A stretch of DNA of 64,000 bases from Octopus bimaculoides (Eukaryota), in the NCBI RefSeq assembly GCF_001194135.2, contig NC_068981.1, positions 23,009,934 through 23,073,933 of the forward strand. Reading direction: 5' to 3'. The notes under the pieces were generated by a model. It ran no database searches, was not told the origin of the DNA, and saw only the letters and a list, made by a program, of their open reading frames with translations. Each line of letters starts with the position of its first letter. Position 1 is the first letter of the stretch. This document shows, one piece after another, positions 38,371 to 51,604 of the stretch. A program made the position numbers and the translations under genes.

Positions 38371-39879
38371 AGCAAGGTTAGCCAAGACCTGCTTAGTTAC
38401 AACAGCCTTATAACATGCAAGATCTGCAGTCTAATTCTTAGTGGCAATATGATGAAAACGAAGAGGAATATGTTGATGGTAATCATAATGATGACAACAA
38501 CAGGAGACTAAACAGAAGTCTGGCTTCTATTGCAACTCTATTGACAAAGCAAGTCTCTGTTTCAGTCAATGAGAACGAGGTACACAAGAACTTGTTTATT
38601 TGAGTCAAGTCACCTTATGAACACAAAGAAAACACAACACTATTATTTATGAGCATGTATAAAAGAGACAGAAAGAAAGAACTAGAAGAAGGTAGCTGTA
38701 TATGTATGGAAACATATATAACAGCAATTTAGCAGCAACCAAAATAAACATAAAGAGAAGAAAGGAACCGTGTTTACATTTTACAAGTTTGAAACGCGAA
38801 ACAAGTGATTTTATTTAAAGATATCGCTGGCCTTATTTTTCTTTGCTTCTCTTTCATTTTTAATTATTATCATATTTTGTTTACTCATCATATACCACAA
38901 CATCAGAAGCGTATCAAATAATGCTGTGTAATTTGATTGGATAAACAGATTTGTTTTGTTTTGTTTTGGTTTTGGTTTTGTATGCTGAGTTTTTCTCTTG
39001 CCGTACAATGATTTAGGTGATCCTCAAAGCTGTTTGTTTTTACCAGTTTTTATGTAATAGAAAACTTCGTACAAAGAAGACAAAGCAAATGAATAAAGTT
39101 ACTTCACAATGACACAAAGGCAACAAAGTAGTTTGATACAAGCCTTAGGCATATTTGGTGGCGGCGGTGGAGGTTGTGGCAGCGACAGTAGTGGGAGTAG
39201 AGATGATGGCAGTAGTAGTAGTGATGGTAGTAATAGTAGTGGTGGTGGTGGTGATTAGTGGTAGTAGTAACATCAGCTGTAAAGAACTACAGCACTTCGC
39301 ATAATGCTATTCAACATGAAAGAGTTGAACGCTCTCCAAATTAAAAAAACTGTAGATCGCATGCATGTAAAATGGAAATATTGTCAATGAGCAAAATTCA
39401 GCTGAAAACAATACAGGCATTATCCACCCCAACCCCTCCCCTCTACTCCACTCCCGTGTTATGGAAGTGAAGTGTTCTTGAAAAGTCTTGTTGCAAAGTA
39501 AAACTTTATTTTCCCATTGACTTCAATGTTATATTATCCCTACGAACTGCTATCACCATCATCGCCGTCACCACCATCAGCACCACCACATCATCACATT
39601 ACAGTTTCTTTTATGTTAGAGTGATTAATCATTTCCAATACATAAAACAAAATATTTCAAGACTGTCAACACATTTCTTCCATTCCAACAATTAAATTTA
39701 TTTCTACTTTTCAAACACAGAGAGAAGTGAATTGTTGCAATATTTCTGTTTTGTCCTCAATCCTATTATTATTATTATTGCTGTCAGTTACAGGTGGTGG
39801 TGTTGTTATGGTAACTGTTTTTTTTTTATTATTATTATAATTAATATTTCCCAAGTTGATATTTTCTAACAATTTTCTT

Positions 39880-40225
39880 TATCCACTCTTTGAGAAGGAA
39901 ATATGCTAAACTGGTGGGGCTATGCCAAAGAATTGGATTGAACACAAGACACAATCCCCTTAAAATGGGATGCAGAGGGTTTGCAAGCCAGTCACCCCGC
40001 AGAACTTACCACATGTTTGGCATCACAGGGGCCAGTAAGCAGAAAGCCACTAAGTTGGCTATGGAGGCAGCTGGATCAGGAGGTGCAAGCCCTGGTAGGA
40101 GCAGTGGTACTAGAGGCAATGCTAGCTTTACACAAACTGGGTCTGAATCAACTCTGGTTATGTCACCTGGGTGAGGGTATCTGATGTTGAAAGACCCAGG
40201 TGCATCATAGGATTATGACGTATGG
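39880..40225 (+). mobile_element. 3' end of a restriction-like-endonuclease non-LTR retrotransposon (HERO/NeSL-like)
   Basis: RRKYAKLVGLCQRIG...PLKMGCRGFASQS.RR.YHMFGITGASKQKA.K.A.EAA matches the K..KY..L...C...G....P.EVG.RG RLE signature. It is followed by gggtatctgatgttgaaagaccc, typical of HERO 3' UTRs from memory. Confidence 0.65.
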
Positions 40226-40249
40226 GAAAGATTATCAGGCTTTTTTTTT

Positions 40250-41475
40250 TCATTTGTTTCAGTCATTTGACTGTGGCCATGCTGGAACACCGCCTTTAGT
40301 CAAACAAATCGACACCAGGGTTTATTCTTTGTAAGCCTAGTACTTATTCTATCGGACACTTTTACCAAACTGCTAAGTTACAGGGACATAAACACACCAA
40401 CATCGGTTGTCAAGCACATATATATATATGTAGTCTCCTTTAGAGAGACTTAGAAATATTAATAACTCTATTTCTGAAAACCAGTGGATAGATTCCACTG
40501 AAATTAGATAAATAACCTTCGAGNNNNNNNNNNNNNNNNNNNNNNNNNNNNNNNNNNNNNNNNNNNNNNNNNNNNNNNNNNNNNNNNNNNNNNNNNNNNN
40601 NNNNNNNNNNNNNNNNNNNNNNNNNNNNNNNNNNNNNNNNNNNNNNNNNNNNNNNNNNNNNNNNNNNNNNNNNNNNNNNNNNNNNNNNNNNNNNNNNNNN
40701 NNNNNNNNNNNNNNNNNNNNNNNNNNNNNNNNNNNNNNNNNNNNNNNNNNNNNNNNNNNNNNNNNNNNNNNNNNNNNNNNNNNNNNNNNNNNNNNNNNNN
40801 NNNNNNNNNNNNNNNNNNNNNNNNNNNNNNNNNNNNNNNNNNNNNNNNNNNNNNNNNNNNNNNNNNNNNNNNNNNNNNNNNNNNNNNNNNNNNNNNNNNN
40901 NNNNNNNNNNNNNNNNNNNNNNNNNNNNNNNNNNNNNNNNNNNNNNNNNNNNNNNNNNNNNNNNNNNNNNNNNNNNNNNNNNNNNNNNNNNNNNNNNNNN
41001 NNNNNNNNNNNNNNNNNNNNNNNNNNNNNNNNNNNNNNNNNNNNNNNNNNNNNNNNNNNNNNNNNNNNNNNNNNNNNNNNNNNNNNNNNNNNNNNNNNNN
41101 NNNNNNNNNNNNNNNNNNNNNNNNNNNNNNNNNNNNNNNNNNNNNNNNNNNNNNNNNNNNNNNNNNNNNNNNNNNNNNNNNNNNNNNNNNNNNNNNNNNN
41201 NNNNNNNNNNNNNNNNNNNNNNNNNNNNNNNNNNNNNNNNNNNNNNNNNNNNNNNNNNNNNNNNNNNNNNNNNNNNNNNNNNNNNNNNNNNNNNNNNNNN
41301 NNNNNNNNNNATATATATATATATATATATATATATATACGACGGGCTTCTTTCAGTTTCCGTCTACCAAATCCACTCACAAGGCTTTGGTCAGCCTCAA
41401 GCTATAGTAGAAGACACTTGCCCAAGGCGCCACGCAGTGGGATTGAACCTGGAACCATGTGGTTGGTAAGCAAGC
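40250..41475 (-). mobile_element. SINE family A interrupted by extra sequence and an ~807-nt N gap
   Basis: Tail 40250-40416, head 41311-41475; the non-SINE segment 40428-40523 lies inside the (TA)n linker. Confidence 0.8.
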
Positions 41476-42166
41476 TACTTACCACACAGCCACTCAATCC
41501 TTTGTTATCGAGTGCTTTCATTGCTTTCTCTATAAATGTAAACAGATCTCTTGGTTTCAGTAATAGCACCACTTATTCAACAGAACTACTTTACATGTTG
41601 ATTTAGTCTTAGTGGCTGAGTATTCCACAGACACCTATGCCTTCATGTATCAGGCAGAATCAGTGTGACATAGTGTTACCAGGCTGGCTCTTTGAATTAC
41701 AAGTATATTCCATCCTGACAGGCTTCAAAACAATTTTCTGTCTACTCGAGGCTTGGGTTGACTCAAGTTTATGAAAGAAAAAAAAAACACTTGCTCAAGA
41801 TACCCACATAGTAGGATCAAACTTGGGACCTCATAACTTTGAAGCAAATTTCTTAACTAGTGGTTAATATGGATCCTAGGGGGTTCATATAAAATTTTTT
41901 GAGGTCCATGCAAGCAAAATAGTAAACTAAGGATCAACAGTAGTATTTTAAGACATCATGAAAAGTTTTGATGAACCCTTTGGGGACGACTGGGCCAATC
42001 TATCGGTCGAAAAGTCAAGTGATGATGAAGACTGTATTAGTTCATTCAATTTCCTACAAGAATATAGTTTTATAGATGTAAGGTAATCACTTTACTTTTT
42101 ATAATTTTGTGGGGAAAAATACATGCATGTCCTCTGTAGGGCTTGTGAAAAGGGCTCTGTCTTCTT

Positions 42167-42403
42167 ATTTCTTTATTGCCCACAAGGGGCTAAACATAGA
42201 GGGGACAAACAAGGACAGACAAAGGGATTAAGTCGATTATATCGACCCAGTGCGTAACTGGTACTTAATTTATCGACCTCGAAAGGATGAAAGGCAAAGT
42301 CGACCTCGGTGGAATTTGAACTCAGAACGTAAAGACAGACGAAATACCACTAAGCATTTCACCCGGCGTGCTAACGTTTCTGCCAGCTCGCCACCTTTTA
42401 GAT
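42167..42403 (-). mobile_element. tRNA-derived SINE (further family) with 15-bp TSD
   Basis: GGGCTCTGTCTTCTT at 42152-42166 and 42404-42418; minus-strand head ggtggcgagctggcagaaacgttag...gagttcaaattcc (A/B boxes), tail aataaagaaataa. Confidence 0.9.
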
Positions 42404-42919
42404 GGGCTCTGTCTTCTTGGCACTGAAACTCCAAATGAGGCTCTGTCTCCAAAGGGTTAAGATGTAAATATTGCAAGAAAGGTTATTTTCTCTAATGTTA
42501 TACATAGTTTAATATCATTCTGGCCATTGAAACATGTTCTCATAGAGAGTGCTTGTACAAATCTACACAAGTCAACATTATTTTTGACATGTTGCCACAA
42601 GTTAAACAAAGTAAGAACTGGGTCCAACAAAATAGTAATGAAAGAGACTCATACATAAAAAATGGTTGAAAACTACTGCTCTTGACTATTTGTATCCATG
42701 CTTTCTCTCTACTAATAATGAACACACCTAATTTCACCAGACTGTGAAGTACAGTACATGGAATAGTCATAAAGCGCCTGCTTCAAAATATATTCTATTT
42801 CATAATCACCACCAGCTTATAAACCAAGTCAAAAGTTTACAATCACCTGCATTAGTTGTCACACTTTACTTCATTCATGTAGGGCAGCTTGTCTCTTTTC
42901 AGCAATAGGTAATCAAGCC

Positions 42920-43400
42920 AATGAGAGGGTCTCTACATAGCTGACCGACCTGCTAAAAATAGCAATTGAATCTCCTTCACATCACCTCCTACCATCTTAT
43001 GAAAAGGAGGGACACTTTGAACAAAGTCCCAGATATACTATCTGAATAAAGATTGGAAGGACAGTTTGATCAGATTTTAATCAAGACTGAACAATGAGGT
43101 TAAACAACAACCAGTGGCTAATGAGAGCCTCTCTATATGGTCATTTGTTCGGCTAGAAATAGCAGCCAAACATTCCTCAATGATGCATTACCATCTAAAA
43201 AATTAAAGGCCACATAGGATAATCAGGGTTCCATCAGGGTTAAGCAACAACCACAAATGGTAGGCAGTGACTAAGTGTTAATGCCAGAACCAGATAGTGA
43301 CTATAACACAGAGGTTGGGGAGAGTAAAGTCAAGTGGAATAAACAAAAGAGCCTCCACATGGTCACTCAACTCTCTAGAAATAGCAACCAAATATCCTTG
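42920..43400 (+). repeat. Three head-to-tail copies of repeat family F
   Basis: gag(a)g.ctct..at.g.....acctgctagaaatagca.ccaaa starts near 42923, 43123 and 43349; the first two end in ggttaa(a/g)caacaacc. Confidence 0.7.
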
Positions 43401-44689
43401 GGTCGATTCCTACGACTAAAAGCCTTCAAGGCAGTGCCCCAGCATGGCCACAATTTAGTGGCTGAAACAAGTAAAAGAATAATTGTCATCATCTGCTTCA
43501 ATCTACAATGTACATATAGTATCAGAATGGTTTCAAACTAGAAACCTTTATCTCTATGAATGTTATTACTCTTAGTTTTGAAATAAAGGTTCTTAACATG
43601 GTACTACATACAGGTTTTACCTGTGTCAGTCAATGGACTGTGGCCGTGCTGGAGCACTGCCTTGACAGGTTTAAGTTGACCAAATTGACCCCAGTGCTTA
43701 TTTCTTAAGTCTGGCACTTATTTTACTAGTTTCTTTTGCTGAACCGTCAAGTTACAGGGACATAAGGGGGGAGGGGGGAGGAACCAACACCAGTTGTCAA
43801 CTGTGGTAGGGGGACAAACAGAAAAGGGGAACAAACACAAAGACACATCATCATCATCATTTAATGTCCACAGTTTCACCCACAAGGTTTGGCTGGGGCT
43901 CTATCAGAAGACACTTGCCTAAAGTATTGTGCAGTGGGATTGAACCCAAAACCATGAGGATGCAGCGTAAACCATTTAACCACACTCATGTCTGCCTAAA
44001 TTTTCATAATCTCGCAAGGCATATCCAGAAATAAGACCCTGGATAAGAACCACAAATCAAAATCATGAAATTGTAGAATAGATATAAGGACTAGAATATT
44101 TTAGCTCTAAAGATGAGGTTAAGAATTACAAACATTTTAATAGCATTATCAAGTCCTCACATCTGACGTTTAGATATTTAATATATCCTATCGTAACTGA
44201 ATTTCTTTATTGAATTCAAGGCATCAATGGAGAAAAGATCAATGAGGAAATTTATACAATAAAATTTAGATATTATATTTATTAAAGAATACATTTAATA
44301 AATCTTAATTAAAAACACATGAAAATTAAAGTCTCCCACGAGCCATTTTACAGCTTTATTGCTGTTTTTATGAGCAAAATGTTTAGATAATTTTATAATC
44401 ATTATCAAATATGTATTAATAACATTACGGACTCATAAAAATTATCTAATATAGCTATTAATCAGTAGCTGTAAAATAGTTCTAATGAATTTAAAATTTT
44501 TCTTTCACGCACACAAAACAGAAACCCATATATGATAAGAGAAATAAAAATGCAAGATGCCGTTAGACTTCAATAATAAGGTGAGTATCCCCAGGGGCTG
44601 AGGAATATGTCCACCAGGAAGTAAAACTTGTGTGCATGTGTGTGTAAGGGTCTTTAATGTAGCATATTAACAAAGGTGTAGACATAGCT

Positions 44690-45030
44690 GTGTAGTTAAG
44701 AAGCTCACTTTGTGACCATGTGGTTTTGAGTTCAGTCCCACTGCATGGTACCTTGGCTAAATGTTTTCTCATAGACTGAGTAATGCCTTGTGAGTGAATC
44801 TGGTAGACAGAAATTGTGTAGAAACCAGTCGCGCGCGCGTGCATGCGTGCGTGCGTGCGTGAGAGAGAGAGAGACCACCTCTTGAGGACCTTAGCAGCTT
44901 GGGCAAAAGAGACAGGTAGCATAAATACCAGACTTTAAAAAATGCGTAAGCACTGGGGTTGATTTGTTCAGCTAAACTCTTCAGGGTGGTGCCCCAGCAT
45001 GGCCACTCCAATGTCTAAAACCAGTAAAAG
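44690..45030 (+). mobile_element. SINE family A, followed by an inverted family A copy (45100-45405)
   Basis: Head catagctgtgtagttaagaagc...ccttggc; tail ...ccagcatggccac...aaaccagtaaaag. Confidence 0.75.
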
Positions 45031-45216
45031 ATATATTAGAAATCCTTACACAAAGAAGACAAGGATCTCAACTAAAAGTATTCTGCTCAACTAAAGTATT
45101 TTTTTAAAGCTTGGTACTTATTTTATCAGTCTTTTCCACCAAACTGCTAAGTTACAGAGATATAACACACTAACACCAGTTGTCAAGCAGTGGTGGGAGA
45201 CGAACACAGACACAAA

Positions 45217-45256
<40 letters not shown>

Positions 45257-45904
45257 TACATATATAACAGGCTTCTTTCAGTTTCTGTCTACCAATTCCA
45301 CTCACAAGGCTTAGCAGAAGACACTTGCCCAAGGTGTGAAACAGTAAGGACTGAACCCAGAACCATGTGGTTGGGAAGCAAGCTTCTTAACACACAGCCA
45401 CACTATGTCTGAAAATATGTACAAGATGGTCTACAACTGAAATGACTTTGATCCAAAATATGTTTGATCAACATTAAATAACAACAAAAGTAGATTCAAA
45501 GGATTGCATTGGATTATACATGAACTACAAACACAGATACACAGATAAAAAAGTTAATCTCTTTAAGAACCATAAAGTGTGTCTGTAAAGCTACAACCTA
45601 ATTACTGTTTCTGTAGCATTAAGCTGATGCCAAATATTGCCAGTGGCAGTTCACTAATCCATTGGAAGTTATTTTCTCATTTGTTCAGTTAGATGAATGG
45701 ACACACAGAATAAAGAAAGTAGCCAGTCAAACAGAATATAGTAAAATGCTTGCAGAGGATTTGAACTTACAAATCATGAATTGATTACGCCAATATTTTA
45801 TCCACTTGGCAGTTTCACCTCTACAACAGTAGAATAGTAGAGAAATATGGCATAACAGTTGGTCCCAGAGATCTGAAGAAAATATTCTTTACATTTACTC
45901 TTTT

Positions 45905-46108
45905 ACTCTCTTTTACTTGTTTCAGTCATTTGACTGTGGCCATGCTGGAGCACCGCCTTTTTAGCCGAGCTAATCGACCACAGGACTTATTCTTTGTAAG
46001 CCTAGTACTTATTCTATCGGTCTCTTTTGCCGAACTGCTAAGTTACGGGGACGTAAACACACAAGCATCGGTTGTCAAGCGATGTTGGGGGGACAAACAC
46101 AGAAACAG

Positions 46109-46149
<41 letters not shown>

Positions 46150-46310
46150 CGACGGGCTTCTTTCAGTTTCCGTCTACCAAATCCACTCACAAGGCTTTGG
46201 TCGGCCCAAGGATATAGTAAAAGACACTTGCCCAAGGTGTCACACAGTGGGACTGAACCCGGAACCATGTGGATCGTAAGCATGCTACTTACCACAAGCC
46301 ACTCCTACAC
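45905..46310 (-). mobile_element. SINE family A, complete young copy
   Basis: ctcttttacttgtttcagtcatttgactgtggccatgctggagcaccgcc...(CA)n(TA)n...cttaccacaagccactcct. Confidence 0.92.
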
Positions 46311-46587
46311 CTGGTCCTACATTTGCTCCTTATTATCTTACCTTTTGCTTGTTTCAGTCATTGGACTGTGGCCATGCTGGAGCACTGCCTCAAAAGGTTT
46401 AGTCAATCTAACCAGCGCCAATATTTATTTTTAAAGCCCGATACTTATTCTACCAGTCTCTTTTGCTGAATCGCTAAGTTAGAGGGACATAAACACACCA
46501 ACACCAGTTGGCAAACAGTGGCAGGGGACCAACACAAAGACACACATGATTTGCTTCCACAGTTTCCATCTACTAAATTCTCTCACA

Positions 46588-46893
46588 GTGGAGGCGCAAT
46601 GGCCCAGTGGTTAGAGTAGTGGACTCGCGGTCGGAAGATCGCGGTTTCAATTCCCAGACCGGGCGTTGTGTTTATTGAGAGAAAACACCTAAAAGCTCCA
46701 CGAGGCTCCGGCAGGGGTGGTGGCGACCCCTGTTGCACTCTTTCGCCCCAACTTTCTCACTCTTTCTTTCCGTTTCTTGAGTAACGCTGCAATGGACTGG
46801 CATCCCGTCCAGCTGGGGGGAACACATATGCCATAGAAACCGGGAAACCGGGCCCATGAGCCTGGCTAGGCTTTAAAAGGGCGCATGAAAATG
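46588..46893 (+). mobile_element. tRNA-derived SINE family D nested in an older family A copy (46340-47025)
   Basis: TSD aaattctctcaca (46575-46587) / aaattcactcaca (46894-46906); head ggaggcgcaatggcccagtggttag...ggtttcaattccc; internal atggactggcatcccgtccag resembles the V-SINE-type central domain. Confidence 0.85.
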
Positions 46894-48469
46894 AAATTCA
46901 CTCACAAGATTTTAGTCAGTCTGGAGTTATGGTAGAAGACACTTGCAGAGGTGCTGCATAGTGGAACTGCAGCTGAAACTGCATAATTGCAAAGTGAGCT
47001 TTTTAACCACACAGCCATGCCTGTGTCTATGTCCACTGTTGTCCATTGTTTCATCTACAAGGCCTAATAAATGCTAAATTGACTTGATATGTCTTCTCTA
47101 AAACAAAACAAAAAAATAAACATAAGGTTCCTTCTTGAGTCATATGGACTCATAAAGCTGGCTTCCCAGTTTTTGTGGTGTACATATTCCACCCTGGATA
47201 GGAGGCCAGTCCATCGCAGGTTTACTAATTTTTGCCAGCTGAGTGGATTGGAGCAATACAAAATGAAACACTTTGTTCAAGAACACAATGCATTGCCCAG
47301 TCCAGGAATTGAAACTACAATTTTACAATCATGAGTCCAACACTTTAACCACTAAGCCATGTGCATCTACCTTCTCTATCACTGTTAACTCACGACAGGT
47401 CCCCCCGCCCCCCAAAGCTAAAGAGAAAGCCTCAATGTGATTGCATGACCTGCTAGAAATACCAGTAAATCTTCTGCCATAAAAAAGGGAAAGGACACAT
47501 TAGTTAATGTAGTCCAACATACATTGTGCCTAAGAAAACAGAAAAGGCAGAATGATTACGGCTGGAATGCTTTTGATCATAAGTTTCCTGATTTAAGGTT
47601 GATTTGGGGATGAAAAACAGCAACATGTCTAGATCAATTCAAGCTGTCTTGTTCAAATGCAGAGAGAGAGAGAGAGAACATTTAAAAAATAACTGGCTTA
47701 CTTTCACCAACGAATATCATTGTGAAGCCTGTTCACTGAAGTGCCACCTTCTACAGTGCAACTGCTTTCAATTAGCAAAAAGAGATACCAAATACAAAAT
47801 TACATTCATACCAGCTTCCCTAATTCTAACAATTCATTGATAATTTGCCAGTAAGTCAGACAGAGCACAATTATAAATACAAGTCATTAACTAATATTTA
47901 GTATTCTTTATTATGTAAACCCTTTACATAACAACCCACCTCAGACCAGCTCTTGTTCCATGCTATGACCGAATAAAAATTGCTCATATTAAAAATGGTT
48001 GTTATATGAATGATTACTTTGACTAGAAATCTTCATTGTAGTTTTATACATGGAAACTTCTTTGTTAAGTTGCATTCCAGCAAGTTTCAATGTACAGAAC
48101 TCATTAATATATTAGAAGAGAAAAACAGAGAGATGGTGGATCAAGAAGTGGAAGTAAGAGGAGAAAAAAAGCTTTGATAAGCATTAGTGTTGCACATCAT
48201 TATCGTTTAATGTCCGTTGTCCATGCTGGCATGGGGTGGATGGTTTGACATGGAGCTGGCCAGCAGGGAGTTGTCCAGACTCCAGTTCTATGACTGGATG
48301 CCCAAGAGATCCCTTACTTGTAAAATAAGCAAGTGTTAGTGACAGGAAGAATATCCAGCTGTAAAACACTGCCTAAGTAATACATTCATCTAACCCAAAC
48401 AAGCATGGCAAAACAGCAGTAAAAACAAACAAGGTATATGTGCATATGTGTGTGTGTGTGTGTGTGTGT

Positions 48470-48650
48470 GGCATGTAAAAGCACCCACTATACTCTCGGA
48501 GTGGTTGGCGTTAGAAAGGGCATCCAGCTGTAGAAACTCTGCCGGATTAGATTGCAGTCTGGTGCAGCCATCTAGTTCACCAGTCCTCAGTCAAATCGTC
48601 CAACCCATGCTAGCATGGAAAGCGGACGTTAAACGATGATGATGATGATA
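48470..48650 (+). mobile_element. SINE family B, young truncated copy; an inverted older B fragment lies at 48195-48300
   Basis: Same diagnostic motifs and (GAT)n tail. Confidence 0.85.
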
Positions 48651-50099
48651 TATAAATATAAGCAGATTTCATAAAGGCCATATATTCTAAACACCATAAT
48701 TTTCAGCTCTTGCTCTCTTTCTGAAGATTACAATAATCACAATAAAAACATACATGTGCATGCATATACACATTTTCGACAAATGTGGTATCAAACATTA
48801 TCTGAGTACAAAATGTGCGTATGGGAAGAAAATTAGTTTTCCACAACGTCTTCATCAGATACTGCTATTTGAGATGGTGACTGTCAAAATGCAATTGAAA
48901 TCTTGCATTATGCACAAGAAATCAAAGAAACAAATTAAATGTCACTATTAAAATATCAGTTGACATAAACTGTGATCTGATGATGGCATTAAGAATGGAG
49001 ATATATCAGGCAACCAGCAGTAAAACTAACTGCAAATGTTTAATGTCAAATATCACAAGCACATGCATGCACACACACACACACACAAGTGCTTGCACAG
49101 AATCATATATACATGGTTAATGGTAGGATTTTTAAAAAAATATTGTAAAATAAAGAAGAGAGATTCCATTCTTCCACTAATTTCAGTGATTTTCTTGAAC
49201 CAGTAAAACAACTCTTCATGACATAAGTAGGGCACCTGTTAAGACTTGGATTGGAAAACTGAACTTAAATCTGTGAACATTTTCTACAGAACTTCTCATA
49301 TTATGAAATCACACTTCATGTTGTCTAACCTAGGCTTGGTAACCAACTGCATCAACAAACACAAAAGAGATAGAGAGAGAATTCATTGTCACATCAACAT
49401 CCGATACATAATCCTTGCTACTCTCATGTTAAATTAACTTCAAACATCCAGGCGTCATAAGCATCTTGTCATCACTTCTGGTGTATTACATGTATGACTA
49501 AGTTGTTTAGTAAATTCAACTATTTTTAACAGGATATCTTAAAACCAAAGCACCACATAAACAGCTTTAGTGCTGGTGCTACGTAAAAGGAACTCATGAT
49601 GATGCCACGTAAAACGTACTGGTGATGGTGCCACATAAAAAGCATTGGTGATGGTGCCATGTAAAAATGCACCCAGCACACTTTGTAAAGTGGTTGGCAT
49701 TAGAAAAGGTGTCAAGCTGTAGAAACCGAGCCAAAGCAAACTATGGAACCTGGTGCATCCCCTGGCCTCGCCAGATCCTGTCAAGCCATCCAACCTATGC
49801 CAACATAAAAACAGACATCAAATGATGATGATGATGGAGTGAAGTTTGATTGCTATTTCTAGTTGGTAACTCAACTTAGAATCTTCATGCCACAGATCAA
49901 ATCTATAAGAGCAGACCTGAAGCTGATCAACACAGACTCTCATACTCAATGTTCTCAAACACAAAACACAAAACATCTAGTGAGTGAATTGGGTACGTGG
50001 AAACTGTGTAGAATCCCATTTACATATATCATCATTATTTAACTTCTGTTGTCCATGCTGGTATGCGTTGGCTGGCATGCCGCACCAGATTCCAGTCTG

Positions 50100-50148
<49 letters not shown>

Positions 50149-50158
50149 NNNNNNNNNN

Positions 50159-50206
<48 letters not shown>

Positions 50207-50493
50207 GTTTGTTTTTATGTGTCTTTATGTTTGTTACACACAGAGCTTGAAAACCAGTGCTGGTTTATTTACATCTCCACAGCTTAGTAGTTTGACAAAA
50301 GAGGCTGATAGAATGAGTACTAGACTTCCAAAAAAAAATAACTACTGAGGTCAATTTGTTGTACTAAACCTTTCAAGAAGGTGTCCCAGTATGGCTGCCG
50401 TTCAATGATTGAAACAAGGAAAAGAGAATGTTTTTTTTAGGATTTATAATAAACATTAAAATTAGACTACTAGAAAATTTTGTTTGATTCAAT

Positions 50494-50535
50494 CAGCAAT
50501 TTAAAATCCACTGCTTAGTGGATTTTAAATTGCTG
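50494..50535. repeat. Perfect 19-bp inverted repeat with 4-nt loop, followed by direct repeats of its arm
   Basis: cagcaatttaaaatccact GCTT agtggattttaaattgctg; gattttaaatt recurs at about 50547 and 50561. Confidence 0.92.
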
Positions 50536-51604
50536 GTTTTAAATTTGATTTTAAATTGCTGATTTTAAATTTGTGGCAGCTTTGCCACAAATTCTAGGCA
50601 TCACAATCATTGGTGATCTTCCCTGTTTTGTAAATTTCTTCAGTCACATATAACAACCATAATCAGGTTAGATAACAAATAAAACTCTATACCCTACATA
50701 TGACTACTTCAAGCACACAAATAGAAATAAAACAAAAATCACTTGAAATAATACATTTATAGTTGAAAATGTCAAACTACTGGTTTGATTAACAAGACAC
50801 ATTCCCCACTCCCCTACACACACAAACTAGAAAAAGAACAACAAAGATAAAATAAGACAAAAGATGTGAGATCAGGCATTATTGAAGAAGATGCTATTTA
50901 CAACCATCCAGCTTCATCTTAATTTGGTACTCTTCCAAAAAAAGTTCAATGCATCAGATCTTTAATCAAAAACTATTTATGTCATCTGCAAAAGATCTTT
51001 CTTTCATGCAGGAAACAAACAATTTTTCTCAAAAATACATCAAAAAGCAAACAAAAATTTCTGTGTTAAGACCATCTTTGCAGATTATTCACATAAGCGC
51101 AAGCTCAATTTCCCATCTTTAATAAATGGTTTTTGTTTTTGTTTTTTTTTTCATCAGAGAGACTTAATGCTTAAAGATTGGATCATTAAGTTTCTACTGA
51201 TCTACCTCAGCACCAGCTCACAAAAGCTTACAACTATACCAGCATATATCAACACAACTGAAATATTTATAACGTAAGATATGCTATGTTTTCAAGATAG
51301 TCAGGAAGGAGACAGCACCTCTGCCCTTTTCGGGGCCTCTGAAACTCCTTGAAGAAAAAGGGCAGGAAATGGTGACTTGTTACAGACTTTTGATCTAAGA
51401 GGGTTTCCACAGTTTTCATCGATCCAGTTCCAAACAAGGTTTAGATCTACCCCCAAAGTTATTAACTTCTATGTTTTACCTGTTTCAGTCATTGGACTGT
51501 AGCCAAGCAGGGTCAACATGTTGAAGTGTTTAGTTGAACAAACTGATTCCAATACTTTTATTCTTTTGCCAAACTGCTAAGTTACAAGAATATAAACAAA
51601 CAGG

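Noticed and set aside
39155-39270. Gly/Ser-rich coding-like stretch and G-quadruplex-like runs
   Set aside because: Degenerate (GGT)/(AGT) trinucleotide low-complexity DNA with stops and no splice sites.
46588-46660. tRNA gene-like sequences (also 3290-3367, 42320-42395 and all family A heads)
   Set aside because: A/B boxes are present, but they are SINE heads continuing into SINE bodies with TSDs; no complete cloverleaf.
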